From a virus: DNA of 50,417 nucleotides. Where the stretch lies: the UHGV virus genome UHGV-0559702; one strand, given 5' to 3'. The notes beneath the pieces are model-generated. The model saw only the letters and a program-made list of their open reading frames with translations. It was not told the origin of the DNA and did not search any database. The position numbers were made by a program, and so were the translations under genes. The stretch's first letter is position 1, and each line of letters opens with the position of its first letter. This document shows positions 7,911 through 17,918 of this stretch, one piece after another.

Positions 7911-9416
7911 ATGAGCGTCAATGCCGACAAACTGGTTCAAATCATCCCCCGCATTATCGAGGGCGGCACGCCGGGCCTGACCTTCGCCGGGCTCCTGCTT
8001 TCGCAGTCCGAGCTTTTGCCCGCAGGCAGAGTCGTGCAGTTCGCCAGCGCGCAGGCCGTGGCCAATTATTTCGGCTCGCTTTCGGAAGAGGCAAGCATGG
8101 CTTCCATGTACTTCTCCGGCTACGTGAACACGACGAGCCTCCCGGACAAGATTTTCTTTGCCCGGTACAACGGCGAGGCCGTGGGCGCATGGCTGCGCGG
8201 CGCGAAGTATACGGGCAATCTCGCCGTGTTGCAGGCCGTCACCAACGGTGCGATGGTCATTTCCATCGACAACACGTCGCACACGCTTTCCTCCGTGGAC
8301 TTGTCCGCTGCAACCAGCTTCTCGCAGGTTGCGGAGGCGATCCAGACAGCGCTCACGACGGCGGGCGCTACCGGGGCGAAGGTGACGTACTCCAGCCAAG
8401 CCGGGGCGTTCCAGATCGACAGCCCGACGACCGGGGCAAGTTCCGCCGTGGCCTTTCCGACGCCGCCGGAAGCCGGGACCGACCTCGGCGCACTGCTTCT
8501 GCTCACCGAACAGTCCGGTGCCGTCCAGTCCGTAGGCATGGCTGGCCAGACGCTCCCCGACTGTATGACCAACGTGCTCCTGTATGCCCGCGATTGGGTG
8601 ACGTTCTCCACGGTATGGGAGCCCGAGCTTGACGACAAGATTGCGCTCGCCCAGTGGTGTGCCGGATATGACACCCGTTTCGCCTATGTGTTGTGGGATA
8701 CCGACAACGCTGCGCAGGTCGCGGGTTCCACGGCCTCGGCGGGGTATCAGATCGCCAAGGTGCTCGAACTCGACGGTACGGTTCCCGTGTTCAACACACC
8801 TGAGCTCGCAGCGTGGGTCATGGGCACGGCGGCCTCCATCAACTTTGAAGAGACGAACGGACGGCTCACATTCGCCTTCAAGCAAGGCGAAGGGCTTGCC
8901 GTAACCTGCGACAACGACGAGAACTATGATGCGCTGATCGCCAATGGCTACAACTGCTATGCGGACTTCGCCACGGCCTCCAGCCAGTTCAAGTTTTTCC
9001 AGAATGGGCAGGTTTCCGGCAAATGGGGCTGGCTCGACACCTACCTTGACGCCATCGCCATCAAAGACGGCCTCCAGCTTAACCTCCTTGATCTGTTCAA
9101 GGCCGTAACGTGCATCCCCTACAACGAGAGCGGCTACGGCATGATCCGCACGGCATGTCTCGACACCATCACGCGGTTTCTCGACTTCGGGGCTATCCGC
9201 ACGGGCGTGACCCTCTCGAACACCCAAAAGGTGCAGCTCCTCGCGGAAATCGGGCTGGACGTTTCCCAGACGCTTGAAACGCAGGGCTGGTATATGCAGG
9301 TCAAGGACCCCGGCGCGACCGTACGCGGACAACGCCAGTCCCCCGAATGCAAATTTTACTACATGGACGGCGGCAGCGTGCAGCAAATCGTCATGCCCGC
9401 CACGGCCATTCAGTGA
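7911..9416 (+). CDS. Tail sheath protein (DUF3383-like)
   Basis: 501 aa, and directly upstream of a DUF3277-like tube gene. The architecture is typical of Bcep781-/PBSX-like contractile tails. Confidence 0.75.
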   Translation: MSVNADKLVQIIPRIIEGGTPGLTFAGLLLSQSELLPAGRVVQFASAQAVANYFGSLSEEASMASMYFSGYVNTTSLPDKIFFARYNGEAVGAWLRGAKYTGNLAVLQAVTNGAMVISIDNTSHTLSSVDLSAATSFSQVAEAIQTALTTAGATGAKVTYSSQAGAFQIDSPTTGASSAVAFPTPPEAGTDLGALLLLTEQSGAVQSVGMAGQTLPDCMTNVLLYARDWVTFSTVWEPELDDKIALAQWCAGYDTRFAYVLWDTDNAAQVAGSTASAGYQIAKVLELDGTVPVFNTPELAAWVMGTAASINFEETNGRLTFAFKQGEGLAVTCDNDENYDALIANGYNCYADFATASSQFKFFQNGQVSGKWGWLDTYLDAIAIKDGLQLNLLDLFKAVTCIPYNESGYGMIRTACLDTITRFLDFGAIRTGVTLSNTQKVQLLAEIGLDVSQTLETQGWYMQVKDPGATVRGQRQSPECKFYYMDGGSVQQIVMPATAIQ

Positions 9417-9427
9417 TGAGGTAAAAC

Positions 9428-9877
9428 ATGGCTGACAACTTCGGCAACATGACGATTACAGCGGCAAATTGCACGCTTTTCCTGACGGTTCCCGGGCTCT
9501 ACGACAGTCCCGTGCAGATCGAGGGGTTCAGCACCGACGCGATGGTCAGCGTCGCCACGAATACCCCAGTCGTCGCGGAAAAGGGCGTTGACGGGCATAC
9601 CTCTTTTGGTTGGGTCCCGACCAACAAAGAAGTTACGATTACCCTCGCTGCGGACTCGCCCAGCCGCCAGATCATGGAAGATTGGGCCACGTATCAGGAA
9701 ACCGCCCGGGAAGTGATGCTCTGCAATGCCGAGTTCGCCATGCCGAGCATCAACCGGAAGATCACCGGGAAACGGGGCGGCCTCACCTCCGTACAGTCCA
9801 GCCCCAACGCCGCTCAGACCTTGCAGGCGAGCGCCTTCGTCATCACCTTTGACCAGTGGACCGCGAGTCCGCTTTAA
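9428..9877 (+). CDS. Tail tube protein (DUF3277-like)
   Basis: 149 aa, and follows the sheath gene. Confidence 0.7.
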   Translation: MADNFGNMTITAANCTLFLTVPGLYDSPVQIEGFSTDAMVSVATNTPVVAEKGVDGHTSFGWVPTNKEVTITLAADSPSRQIMEDWATYQETAREVMLCNAEFAMPSINRKITGKRGGLTSVQSSPNAAQTLQASAFVITFDQWTASPL

Positions 9878-9892
9878 ACCGTGGAGGCCGTC

Positions 9893-10390
9893 ATGCTCAA
9901 CGAAAAGCTCATTGCCATCGACAAGGGCCGCGACGCCGGGAAGACCTTCAAGGTCAAGGAAATGCCCGTCACCAAGCTGGAAAAATGGGCCGCCCGTGCG
10001 CTGCTCGCCGTCTTCGGTTCCGAGATGCCCGCCGACATCCGGACGCTTTCAGCGTCTTCGAACACCGCCGCGCTGCTTTCCGCCGGGCTCCGGGGGCTCT
10101 CAGGACTCCGGTGGGAACAGGCCGAACCGCTCTATGACGAGCTTCTCGGGCAAATCTACCGCGTCCCGAACCCCGGCAAGCCCGATGACGTCATCAGGCT
10201 TACCCCGCAAAACCTCGACGCCCATGTCGAGGACGTGGGCACGATCTATCGTTTGCGTTGGGAGGCCATCGCCGTCTGTCTGGATTTTTTGCATGGCGGC
10301 GAGGGCTTGACCTCCCGCCTGTCGCAGATCTTCAACCCCTCGGGCTCCGGGACTACGCAAACCTCCCCGGATGCGTCGGCATCCCGGTAA
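9893..10390 (+). CDS. Tail assembly chaperone
   Basis: GGAGG RBS before the ATG at 9893. Small acidic protein between the tube and tape-measure genes. Confidence 0.55.
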   Translation: MLNEKLIAIDKGRDAGKTFKVKEMPVTKLEKWAARALLAVFGSEMPADIRTLSASSNTAALLSAGLRGLSGLRWEQAEPLYDELLGQIYRVPNPGKPDDVIRLTPQNLDAHVEDVGTIYRLRWEAIAVCLDFLHGGEGLTSRLSQIFNPSGSGTTQTSPDASASR

Positions 10391-10521
10391 GCCGGAACCT
10401 CGCGACGCTGCACGAGATGCAGACCGTGTACGGCCTGTCCGATGCCTACGAGCTGATGGAAATCATCGCCGTGGACGGACATAATCAACGCCTCTGGAGC
10501 AAATTCCATGAACGCAGGTGA
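10258..10521 (+). CDS. Possible -1-frame extension of the tail assembly chaperone (G/GT-like); reaches the tape-measure start
   Basis: ORF in the -1 frame overlapping the 3' end of the chaperone gene and the TMP start. I found no canonical XXXYYYZ slippery heptamer. Confidence 0.3.
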   Translation: MGGHRRLSGFFAWRRGLDLPPVADLQPLGLRDYANLPGCVGIPVSRNLATLHEMQTVYGLSDAYELMEIIAVDGHNQRLWSKFHERR

Positions 10522-12316
10522 ACTCGTCGTCAGCCTCTTGCTGAAAGCAGGGGATTTTAAAGCGCAGGTGCAGGCCGCACAGGAGCGGCTGGACGGCGTG
10601 CAGGCCGCAGCCGTTGACGCGGGGCGCGCGACATATGACGCAGGCGTCAAGGGGGCCCAAGGTCTTGGCCAGTCTGCCGATGTCGCCTCTTCGTTGCAAG
10701 CCGCCTTCGAGGAAGCCGTGCAAAAAGGCCGCGAAATCAGCGAGGTGACGAAAGAGTATCAGCGGATGCGCGAGGAGCTTATCCGCACCGGAGCGGCAAA
10801 AGAACGTCTTGAGGCCCTTGATGATGCAGCGAAAAAACTGGGCGTTTCGCTGGAAGACGCGGCGGACAAAGGCGCGTTTGGCTTTGAACGGCTCAAGAGC
10901 GTGGCAGCGCAGGCCCTCGCCGTCATCGGCGGCGTCTCCATCCTGAAAAGCTCCATAGCGCAGTATTACGAGCAGGCTCAGGCTATCGAGAAGACTTCGG
11001 ACGCGCTCGGCATGAGCATTGAAGACTGGCAGGCATGGCAACGGACGGCAGCCGCCGCCGGGGTTGACGCCGAGGAACTTTCGACTCGGTTTATGGATCT
11101 GGGCGACTGGATGCAGGATCTCATTTTGCACGACTCCGGGCCGCTTAAGGACGCGACCAAAGACCTGGGGGTGAGCTTCACGGATGCGAAAGGGAAGGCC
11201 GTTTCCTTTGAAGAAGGGCTTCTTCGGCTTTCCGACGCCACGTCAAAAATCGACCGCCAGAAGGCGACCTCGATCCTCACGCAGATCGGCTTCGACGAAA
11301 AAACCATCCCGCTCATCCTCAAGGGCCGCAAAGGGATTGAGGAGCTTCTGAAAGTCCAGAAGGCTCAAGCCATCTACAGCAAGCAGGACATCGAAAACGC
11401 GAAGAAGCAACGGGAGGCGCAGCAGCGGCTCAATGACGCATGGGAGGCCATCTCAGCCCTTTTCGCCAGCACCGTCTCCCCTGCGATCACGTTTTTGACG
11501 AACCTGCTCGGCGATCTCCTCGGGTGGGTGAAAGAAAACAAGCAGTTCGTGATCGTCTTCTTTACGGCGTTAGCCGGGGTCATTACGACGCTCATGCTCC
11601 CGGCGTTGAGCGCGATGGCGACGGCGGCATGGGCTGCGATTGCGCCGTTTACGCCGTTGATTGCGGGCATCGGCGCGATCGCGCTGGTTGTCGACGATCT
11701 CATTACCTACATCAAAGGCGGAGAATCTGCACTTTCCGGGCTCTGGACGATGTTCGGAACTGGCGATGAAATCGGGGCTCGTTTCAAGGCTATTTGGGAA
11801 GGCATCAAAAGTATCCTCGGGGGCGTCTGGGATGCCCTTTCGGGGGTCGCCAAGCTCTTCAACTCCGTTCTTACACTGGACGGAAAAGGCGTTATCGAAG
11901 CCCTCAAAACGATCTGGGGAGGCATCTCCAAAATCAATGATGTGCTTGTCGAAATGCTGAACTGGGTAGCCCAGAAGCTCTACAATTTGCTTCCCGACTG
12001 GATCAAGGATTGGCTCGGCGGCGATGAGTCTTCGCGCCCGGAAGAAACGAAGGCCGAAGCCAAGCCCGGCGGCGTCGCCGATTCGATGCGGGTTGGTGAT
12101 GTCCGCCCGTCTATTCTGCCGCCGCAGGTGCGCGCCGGGGATGCGCGTCCGGGAAACGTGAGCAACGTCAACAATTCTCGTCAGATGACGTCAACCACCA
12201 ATGTGGGTGAGGTCAAGGTCTACACGCAGGCTACGGATGCGGAGGGGATGGCCGAAGGAGTGGTTCCGGCACTTCGTAATCAGACCGCGCAGGCAGACAG
12301 CGCATTCGGGTACTGA
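10508..12316 (+). CDS. Tail tape measure protein
   Basis: 602 aa, Ala/Gln-rich coiled-coil N-terminus, central hydrophobic segment, and its position after the chaperones. Confidence 0.85.
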   Translation: MNAGELVVSLLLKAGDFKAQVQAAQERLDGVQAAAVDAGRATYDAGVKGAQGLGQSADVASSLQAAFEEAVQKGREISEVTKEYQRMREELIRTGAAKERLEALDDAAKKLGVSLEDAADKGAFGFERLKSVAAQALAVIGGVSILKSSIAQYYEQAQAIEKTSDALGMSIEDWQAWQRTAAAAGVDAEELSTRFMDLGDWMQDLILHDSGPLKDATKDLGVSFTDAKGKAVSFEEGLLRLSDATSKIDRQKATSILTQIGFDEKTIPLILKGRKGIEELLKVQKAQAIYSKQDIENAKKQREAQQRLNDAWEAISALFASTVSPAITFLTNLLGDLLGWVKENKQFVIVFFTALAGVITTLMLPALSAMATAAWAAIAPFTPLIAGIGAIALVVDDLITYIKGGESALSGLWTMFGTGDEIGARFKAIWEGIKSILGGVWDALSGVAKLFNSVLTLDGKGVIEALKTIWGGISKINDVLVEMLNWVAQKLYNLLPDWIKDWLGGDESSRPEETKAEAKPGGVADSMRVGDVRPSILPPQVRAGDARPGNVSNVNNSRQMTSTTNVGEVKVYTQATDAEGMAEGVVPALRNQTAQADSAFGY

Positions 12317-12317
12317 C

Positions 12318-12875
12318 ATGGCATTCGGCGCGCTCCCGCCGGGACAGCCCGGCAACTGGTCGATTTTCGATAAAGACGGCGCCAAGGCCCTCGACTTCGA
12401 CACGTTCTTTTCCTGCTCGATCAAGGCCGAGAACAAAATCAGCTCCAATCCCGTCGAGAAAGGGAGTTTCGCGGATTACAACAAGGTCGCTTCTCCCACG
12501 GCGGTGTCGGTCGTGATGGGCCGCACGGGGAAGAGCGACGAGCTTGCGGCTTTTCTGGAGGCGCTGGACAAGCTGGCGGAAAGCACCGACCTCGTGAGCA
12601 TCGTCACCCCGGAAAAAACGTTTCTCGACTACAACCTTGTCTCCTACGACTACGACCGCAAGGCCGAAAACGGTGTGGACAGGCTGCTTGTGGGGATCAT
12701 GCTGCAAGAGATCCGGCAGGTCGAGCCGCAGTACAGCAACGAAACCATAAAGCCGATCAGCAAGGCGCAGGCCAAAAATCCGACTGATGCCAGTACGACG
12801 GATGCAGGGAAACAGCAGGGGCAGACGACGCAAAAAAGCACACTGAAAAAGCTGGGCGAGGGGATTTTCGGATGA
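12318..12875 (+). CDS. Tail/baseplate protein (hypothetical)
   Basis: Starts 2 nt after the TMP stop. Operon position only. Confidence 0.5.
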   Translation: MAFGALPPGQPGNWSIFDKDGAKALDFDTFFSCSIKAENKISSNPVEKGSFADYNKVASPTAVSVVMGRTGKSDELAAFLEALDKLAESTDLVSIVTPEKTFLDYNLVSYDYDRKAENGVDRLLVGIMLQEIRQVEPQYSNETIKPISKAQAKNPTDASTTDAGKQQGQTTQKSTLKKLGEGIFG

Positions 12876-13174
12876 TGACCGTACCGCTCCGGCATGAGCC
12901 GAACCAGAGCCTCCAGATTGTGCTTGGGGAACAGAACTGCACCCTCCGGTTTATCTCCCGAGGCGTGAACCTGTACTGCGACCTTGCCATTGACCAGACG
13001 GTCATCTGGTCTGGGTTCATCTGCCGTAACCTCGTCGGCTTGAAGCTGTACGACTATCTCGCCTTCCGGGGGCAGCTCTACTTTGTCGATATGCAAAAGG
13101 AAGAGGATCCGCACTGGTCGGGCCTCGGCGACCGATTCCAGCTCGTTTATGTCGAAGAAGGGGAAACGCTGTGA
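12872..13174 (+). CDS. Small tail protein (hypothetical)
   Basis: ATGATG coupled start. Confidence 0.5.
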   Translation: MMTVPLRHEPNQSLQIVLGEQNCTLRFISRGVNLYCDLAIDQTVIWSGFICRNLVGLKLYDYLAFRGQLYFVDMQKEEDPHWSGLGDRFQLVYVEEGETL

Positions 13175-14073
13175 ACACGAGCTTCACCAAAAAGCTGCTT
13201 GAAGCGCACATCACGCTCGCCGAGGGCGGCTTCAACACGGCTACCGGGCAAGGTGCGAATACCAAGATCATCCGGCTCGGAATGGATGTGGACATACAGA
13301 AGCCCGGCGGGAAAGAGAAGAACAAGGCCAAAGTCCGTATCTTCAACCTGCCCCTTGCCGATATGGAGACGCTGACGACGCTGGCGTTCAAGCCGTTGCA
13401 GGCGTCGAAAAACCGCATTGCCGTGTACGCGGGCGATGAAGAGCACGGGATGTCTCTTGCGTTCTCCGGCGATATCGTGAGCGCCGTTCCGAACTTCAAT
13501 TCCGCCCCTGATCCCTCTTTCGATATTGAGTGCATCACGGGATACGTCGCCAGCATCACGCCCGTGCCGCCGTTGACGGCGCAGGGTGCGCAGGACGTTG
13601 CCACGCTCATGCAGGGGCTCGCGAAGCAAATGGGGCTCGCTTTCGTCAACAGGGGCGTGTCCGTTTCCCTTCGCAATGTCGCCCTCGTCGGGGGTCCGAT
13701 GGAGCAGGCGCAGCAGCTTGCCCACGATGCCCGCATCGATCTTATCGTGGACGATGGCGAGATGGTCATCTCCCCTCTTGCGACGCTTCGCAGCGATGAC
13801 GGCGGCTCGACTCCCGTCTGGTCCGCGAAAAGTGGCATGATTGGCTATCCGAGCTTCGACAACGAAGGCGTGACGGTGAAAGGCATCTACGAGTCGAAGC
13901 TCCAGCTTGGCGGCCCGGTGCGCATTGAGAGCATCGTCCCCCGAGCTTCCGGCCTCTGGCAGATCGTGAGCCTGAGCCACAAATTGCAGGCCGGCTACCC
14001 CGGCGCAACGCAGTGGGTAAGCCAGATCAAGGCAAGCTATCCCGGCGCGAAGCCGAAGAAGGACAAGAAATAA
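13171..14073 (+). CDS. Baseplate hub-like protein (gpD/XkdQ-like)
   Basis: GTGA overlap with the upstream gene. 300 aa, preceding the spike gene. Confidence 0.5.
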   Translation: MNTSFTKKLLEAHITLAEGGFNTATGQGANTKIIRLGMDVDIQKPGGKEKNKAKVRIFNLPLADMETLTTLAFKPLQASKNRIAVYAGDEEHGMSLAFSGDIVSAVPNFNSAPDPSFDIECITGYVASITPVPPLTAQGAQDVATLMQGLAKQMGLAFVNRGVSVSLRNVALVGGPMEQAQQLAHDARIDLIVDDGEMVISPLATLRSDDGGSTPVWSAKSGMIGYPSFDNEGVTVKGIYESKLQLGGPVRIESIVPRASGLWQIVSLSHKLQAGYPGATQWVSQIKASYPGAKPKKDKK

Positions 14074-14795
14074 TGCAGGGACAACGCGGCCTCTCGACAA
14101 ATTCCAGCGAGTACAACGCGCAGGACTTCATGATCAGCCAGATGCTCGGGCGCATCGCAACGGCGGAACCCGTGCGCGTGGTCGCCGTATCCGGTCCGGG
14201 TGTCTCTCCGGTAGGCTTCGTCGACGTGCAACCCCTCGTCAACTTGGTGACGGGCGAACAGAAGGCGCAGGAGCAGAGCGTGCTCTTCAAGCTCCCGTAC
14301 TTGCGTATCCAGGGCGGGAAAAACGCTCTCGTCATCGACCCGCAGCCGGGCGACATCGGCCTCGCCGTCTACGCCATGCGTGACACGGAATCGCTCAAAG
14401 AGAGCCGGGGAGTGGATGGGACCGTCAATCCGGGGTCAGCCCGCGCCATGAACAAAGGCGACGGCTTCTATCTCGGAGGCTTCTTAAACGCCGCGCCGGA
14501 ACGCTATGTGCTGGTCAACGACGAGGGCGTCACCATCGAAGGAGTGGCCAAACTGACGATGCACGGGGAAACTTCCGTCCTGACGGCGGAAAATGGCCTC
14601 ACCATCAACGCCGACGTGCGCATCAACGGATCCTTGACGTGGACGGGCACGGCGCAGGGTGATGGCGGCCCGGCCCGGTTCTCCGGCGGACTCACGAACG
14701 CGGGAGGGACGGTTGAGAGCAACGGTAAGGTCTTGGAAAACCATGTTCATACCGGGGTCGAGCCCGGTTCCGGCATATCCGGACAACCACAGTAA
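14073..14795 (+). CDS. Baseplate spike protein (gpV / Mu gp45-like)
   Basis: TAATG overlap. The C-terminal HVHTGVEPGSGISGQPQ motif is typical of gpV spikes. Confidence 0.65.
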   Translation: MQGQRGLSTNSSEYNAQDFMISQMLGRIATAEPVRVVAVSGPGVSPVGFVDVQPLVNLVTGEQKAQEQSVLFKLPYLRIQGGKNALVIDPQPGDIGLAVYAMRDTESLKESRGVDGTVNPGSARAMNKGDGFYLGGFLNAAPERYVLVNDEGVTIEGVAKLTMHGETSVLTAENGLTINADVRINGSLTWTGTAQGDGGPARFSGGLTNAGGTVESNGKVLENHVHTGVEPGSGISGQPQ

Positions 14796-14806
14796 TGGAG
14801 GGTGTT

Positions 14807-15586
14807 ATGCCTGATTTTCAGTACCAGCCCCCGACAGGGCCGCTTTCCGGCAGCGAATTCGAGCGACAAACCACACGGTTCTTTCAGCAAGTGCAGGGAG
14901 CCGCAGACGCAGCACAGTCTACCGCAATAGCTGCACAGATCACTGCAAACGAGGCGATCGAGCGAGCTCAAGCCTCAAACCTTGTCGACGGAAAGACCAC
15001 GCAGGCCGACGCGGGCGGCGTGATCACCGCGAAGGACGTGGCGATTGGTGGGGATCTCGGGGATCTGGCGAGCGCGCGGGGGCAGATCGGGGCAGCACGA
15101 GAACTTGGGAATAATGTAGACTACAATACAGTTACCGAAGCAGGATTTTACTTAATAAACGCAACAGGCGGCGTGAATGGCCCAATCGTTGGAAGTGCTG
15201 CCTTCCTGCAAGTTTTTTACAGTAAAAAAGACGCATTCACAAAGAATTTGTATCAGATAGTATATGCCTATTCATCAGCAAGAGAACGTATGTTCCTCAG
15301 GCAGTATCGCATAGCGAGTAATGATTGGTCTTCTTGGTCAGAAATTGTGTCGTCTTCATGCATCGGCGACGGCATCACCGTCAACAACGGCATCATCTCC
15401 GTCCCCGAGTACGAAGGCGCGACGGCATCGACCGCCGGGACAAGCGGCCTTGTACCGCCCGCAGCCGCCGGGCAAGCCACCTACGTGCTCTGTGGCGATG
15501 GAGAGTGGCGAGACATAGCGACGCTTGTCGCCGCTGCGCAGGCTCGGCTTGCCGAATCTGTAAAAGCGGAAGAAGGGGCTTTATGA
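14807..15586 (+). CDS. Tail fibre-like structural protein with a horizontally acquired AT-rich C-terminal domain
   Basis: GGAGGG RBS. Gly-rich region. The segment 15100-15330 is markedly AT-rich and encodes a W..W-containing fibre-tip-like region. Confidence 0.5.
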   Translation: MPDFQYQPPTGPLSGSEFERQTTRFFQQVQGAADAAQSTAIAAQITANEAIERAQASNLVDGKTTQADAGGVITAKDVAIGGDLGDLASARGQIGAARELGNNVDYNTVTEAGFYLINATGGVNGPIVGSAAFLQVFYSKKDAFTKNLYQIVYAYSSARERMFLRQYRIASNDWSSWSEIVSSSCIGDGITVNNGIISVPEYEGATASTAGTSGLVPPAAAGQATYVLCGDGEWRDIATLVAAAQARLAESVKAEEGAL

Positions 15587-16017
15587 ATTTCCGAGCGGTT
15601 CTGAATATCCGCGCGCTGTCTAATATTCGTGATGAAGTTCAAGCAACTGCCGAAGTGGTAGATTCGGGGCTCCTATCATTACGTCTTGATAGACAGTGGG
15701 ATTTGACGCTCTCCGTAGGGGGCAATCTTGCTTCGGCAGGGGGGACTATGCGCATCGTGCAGAATGTCGCATCGTATGTACGCACATTCCAAGGAGAACC
15801 GTACTACGCGCAGCAAGACGGAATCCCGTACTTCATGCGCGAGCTTGGTTCCCTCCCTCCCGCCGAGCTCGTGCGGGCGCGCTCGAATGCCCGTGCGCTT
15901 GAAGTCCCCGGCGTAGCGCAGGCTGATACGCAGCTTTCTCGGCTTGAAAAACGCATCTTGAGCGGGACGATCCGCATCACCACGGAAACGGGGGAAACCG
16001 CAGATGTCGCAGTCTAG
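15583..16017 (+). CDS. Baseplate protein (gpW/gp25-like)
   Basis: ATGA overlap. 144 aa, immediately upstream of the baseplate J gene. Confidence 0.5.
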   Translation: MNFRAVLNIRALSNIRDEVQATAEVVDSGLLSLRLDRQWDLTLSVGGNLASAGGTMRIVQNVASYVRTFQGEPYYAQQDGIPYFMRELGSLPPAELVRARSNARALEVPGVAQADTQLSRLEKRILSGTIRITTETGETADVAV

Positions 16018-17260
16018 CATCGATTTTACCGAAAACGGCCCGGTCGTCCCCGATACCGCGACCGTCCGGGACGCTGTCGAAACGAATTGGCAGGCGGCAT
16101 TCGACAATCGGCTGAACCCGGATCCGGCCACGCCGCAGGGACAGCTCATCACATCCGAAACGGCCATCGTGCAGGACAAGAACAGCCAGCTTTTGTTCCT
16201 CGCGAATATGTTCAACCCCGAGACTGCGGAGGGTATCTATCAAGACGCGCTCGCCAAGATTTACTTTCTGACCAGGCAGCCCGCACGCTCCACGGTCGTC
16301 CCCTGTACCTGTACGGGGCTTCCCGGCACCGTCATCCCCGGCATCGGCAGCGAAGCCCCGGCGCTTGCAAAAGATGCGGACGGGAACATTTTGGTTTGTC
16401 AGACGGGAGGGACGATCCCCCAATCCGGCAGTATTATCCTTGATTTTGCCTGTCAGGTTCCGGGGCCGATTGAAATCCGGCAGGGAACCGTGACTACGAT
16501 TGTACGTACCATCCCCGGGTGGGATACGATCACAAACGCCGATGGGATCACCGGACAAAACGTCGAGAGCCGGGCCGCGTTCGAGTCCCGGCGCTACGCC
16601 AGCGTCGCGAAGAACGCCCGGAGCGTCGCCGCCGCCGTCTATGCCAACGTCGGCGATCTGGATGGCGTGCTTGATGTCTGTGTGCGCGAGAACAAAACCA
16701 GCGCGCCGCTTGAAGTGCAGGGCGTTACGCTCAAGCCGCACTCAATCTATGTGGCGGTCGTCGGCAGCGCGACGGATAGTGATATTGCTGAGGCCATTTA
16801 CGCCCGTTGTTCAGCCGGATGTGATTACAACGGCAACACCAGCGTCACTGTGACCGATCCGGTAACCGGAGCGGTCGAGACGGTACTCTTTGAGCGCCCG
16901 GAATCGCTCCCGGTGGGCATTCAGGTGACTATCCGCAAAAATGCCTCAATGCCGAGCAACGTCGAAGAACTCATCAAAACCGCCGTTGTCGCCGAATTCT
17001 ACGGAGAAACCGCCGACGCCTGCGGAAATACGGGTCAGCGCGTTCATATCGGGGATACCGTGTATGCAAGCCGCTTTTATTCAGCCGTGCTCGGAACGGG
17101 TGTCACCGACTTGGTGAGTATCGAAATCGCGGCGCCCGTCGGCGAAGGCTCCCCACCAACATGGGGCGACTACATCACCATCAATATAGATGAAGCCCCC
17201 ACGCTCGTCTCCGATAACGTCACTGTAACTATCATCGAAACGAGGTCGGGCCGTGGATAA
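16004..17260 (+). CDS. Baseplate J-like protein
   Basis: 418 aa. Its size and position between the W-like and I-like genes fit baseplate J. Confidence 0.7.
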   Translation: MSQSSIDFTENGPVVPDTATVRDAVETNWQAAFDNRLNPDPATPQGQLITSETAIVQDKNSQLLFLANMFNPETAEGIYQDALAKIYFLTRQPARSTVVPCTCTGLPGTVIPGIGSEAPALAKDADGNILVCQTGGTIPQSGSIILDFACQVPGPIEIRQGTVTTIVRTIPGWDTITNADGITGQNVESRAAFESRRYASVAKNARSVAAAVYANVGDLDGVLDVCVRENKTSAPLEVQGVTLKPHSIYVAVVGSATDSDIAEAIYARCSAGCDYNGNTSVTVTDPVTGAVETVLFERPESLPVGIQVTIRKNASMPSNVEELIKTAVVAEFYGETADACGNTGQRVHIGDTVYASRFYSAVLGTGVTDLVSIEIAAPVGEGSPPTWGDYITINIDEAPTLVSDNVTVTIIETRSGRG

Positions 17261-17918
17261 CTGGCGCGAAACGATACTTTCGCAGTACGACAACTCTGAA
17301 CGGCTGCTGGCGCTCATCGAATCGATGAATGCCGTCATTGAGCCCACGGCGGATATTGCGGCGTTCTATGAGTCCGTCTTTGACCCAGAAACGGCATTCG
17401 GATGGGGGCTTGACGTGTGGGGACGCATCGTCGCCATTCCGCGTACGCTTGAAGTAGAGGCGACGGACATCAAGCCGTTCGGTTTCTCCGGTTCAAACCT
17501 CAGCAACTTTGGGCACGGTCCTTTTGCATATGAGAGCAAATCGAACACGTTCATACTTCAAGATAACGCATATCATCTTTTGATCTGGATGAAAGCAGCT
17601 TCGAACATCACCGACGGCAGCCTCCTAGATTTGAACAAGATCGTTCATTGGCTTTTCTCGGATCGCGGTCATATTGCCGTCGTGCATGTCGGAACGATGA
17701 AAATACGCTACGTTATCGGCTTCAAGCTCCAGCCATACGAGCGTGCGCTTCTCCTGCGCGATGATGTTCCCCCAAAGCCTGCGGGCGTCGGCTATGACGT
17801 CTATCAAGTCATCCCGAAACATACCTTCGGTTTCGCCGGATCCGGCGGTCAGAATTTCAACAACGGCGTTTTTCAGCCGTATGGAGGCCCTGTAGATGCC
17901 TATTCCTTCGACTCCTAG
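17253..17918 (+). CDS. Tail protein I-like (DUF2313/YmfQ-like)
   Basis: GTG start overlapping the stop of the J gene. Sits between J and the fibre gene. Confidence 0.5.
   Translation: MDNWRETILSQYDNSERLLALIESMNAVIEPTADIAAFYESVFDPETAFGWGLDVWGRIVAIPRTLEVEATDIKPFGFSGSNLSNFGHGPFAYESKSNTFILQDNAYHLLIWMKAASNITDGSLLDLNKIVHWLFSDRGHIAVVHVGTMKIRYVIGFKLQPYERALLLRDDVPPKPAGVGYDVYQVIPKHTFGFAGSGGQNFNNGVFQPYGGPVDAYSFDS

Noticed and set aside
7815-9386. 523-aa minus-strand ORF antisense to the tail sheath gene, and similar long antisense ORFs (13017..14100, 15977..16741, 39805..41073, 41588..42676)
   Set aside because: Arg/Gly/Pro-rich low-complexity translations are typical of antisense frames in high-GC DNA. 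Each overlaps a well-supported, operon-embedded structural gene on the other strand.
10250-10390. Canonical XXXYYYZ -1 frameshift heptamer in the tail-chaperone overlap
   Set aside because: I scanned zero-frame codon pairs across the overlap and found none, only CCCC runs. The frameshift is kept as a low-confidence hypothesis.
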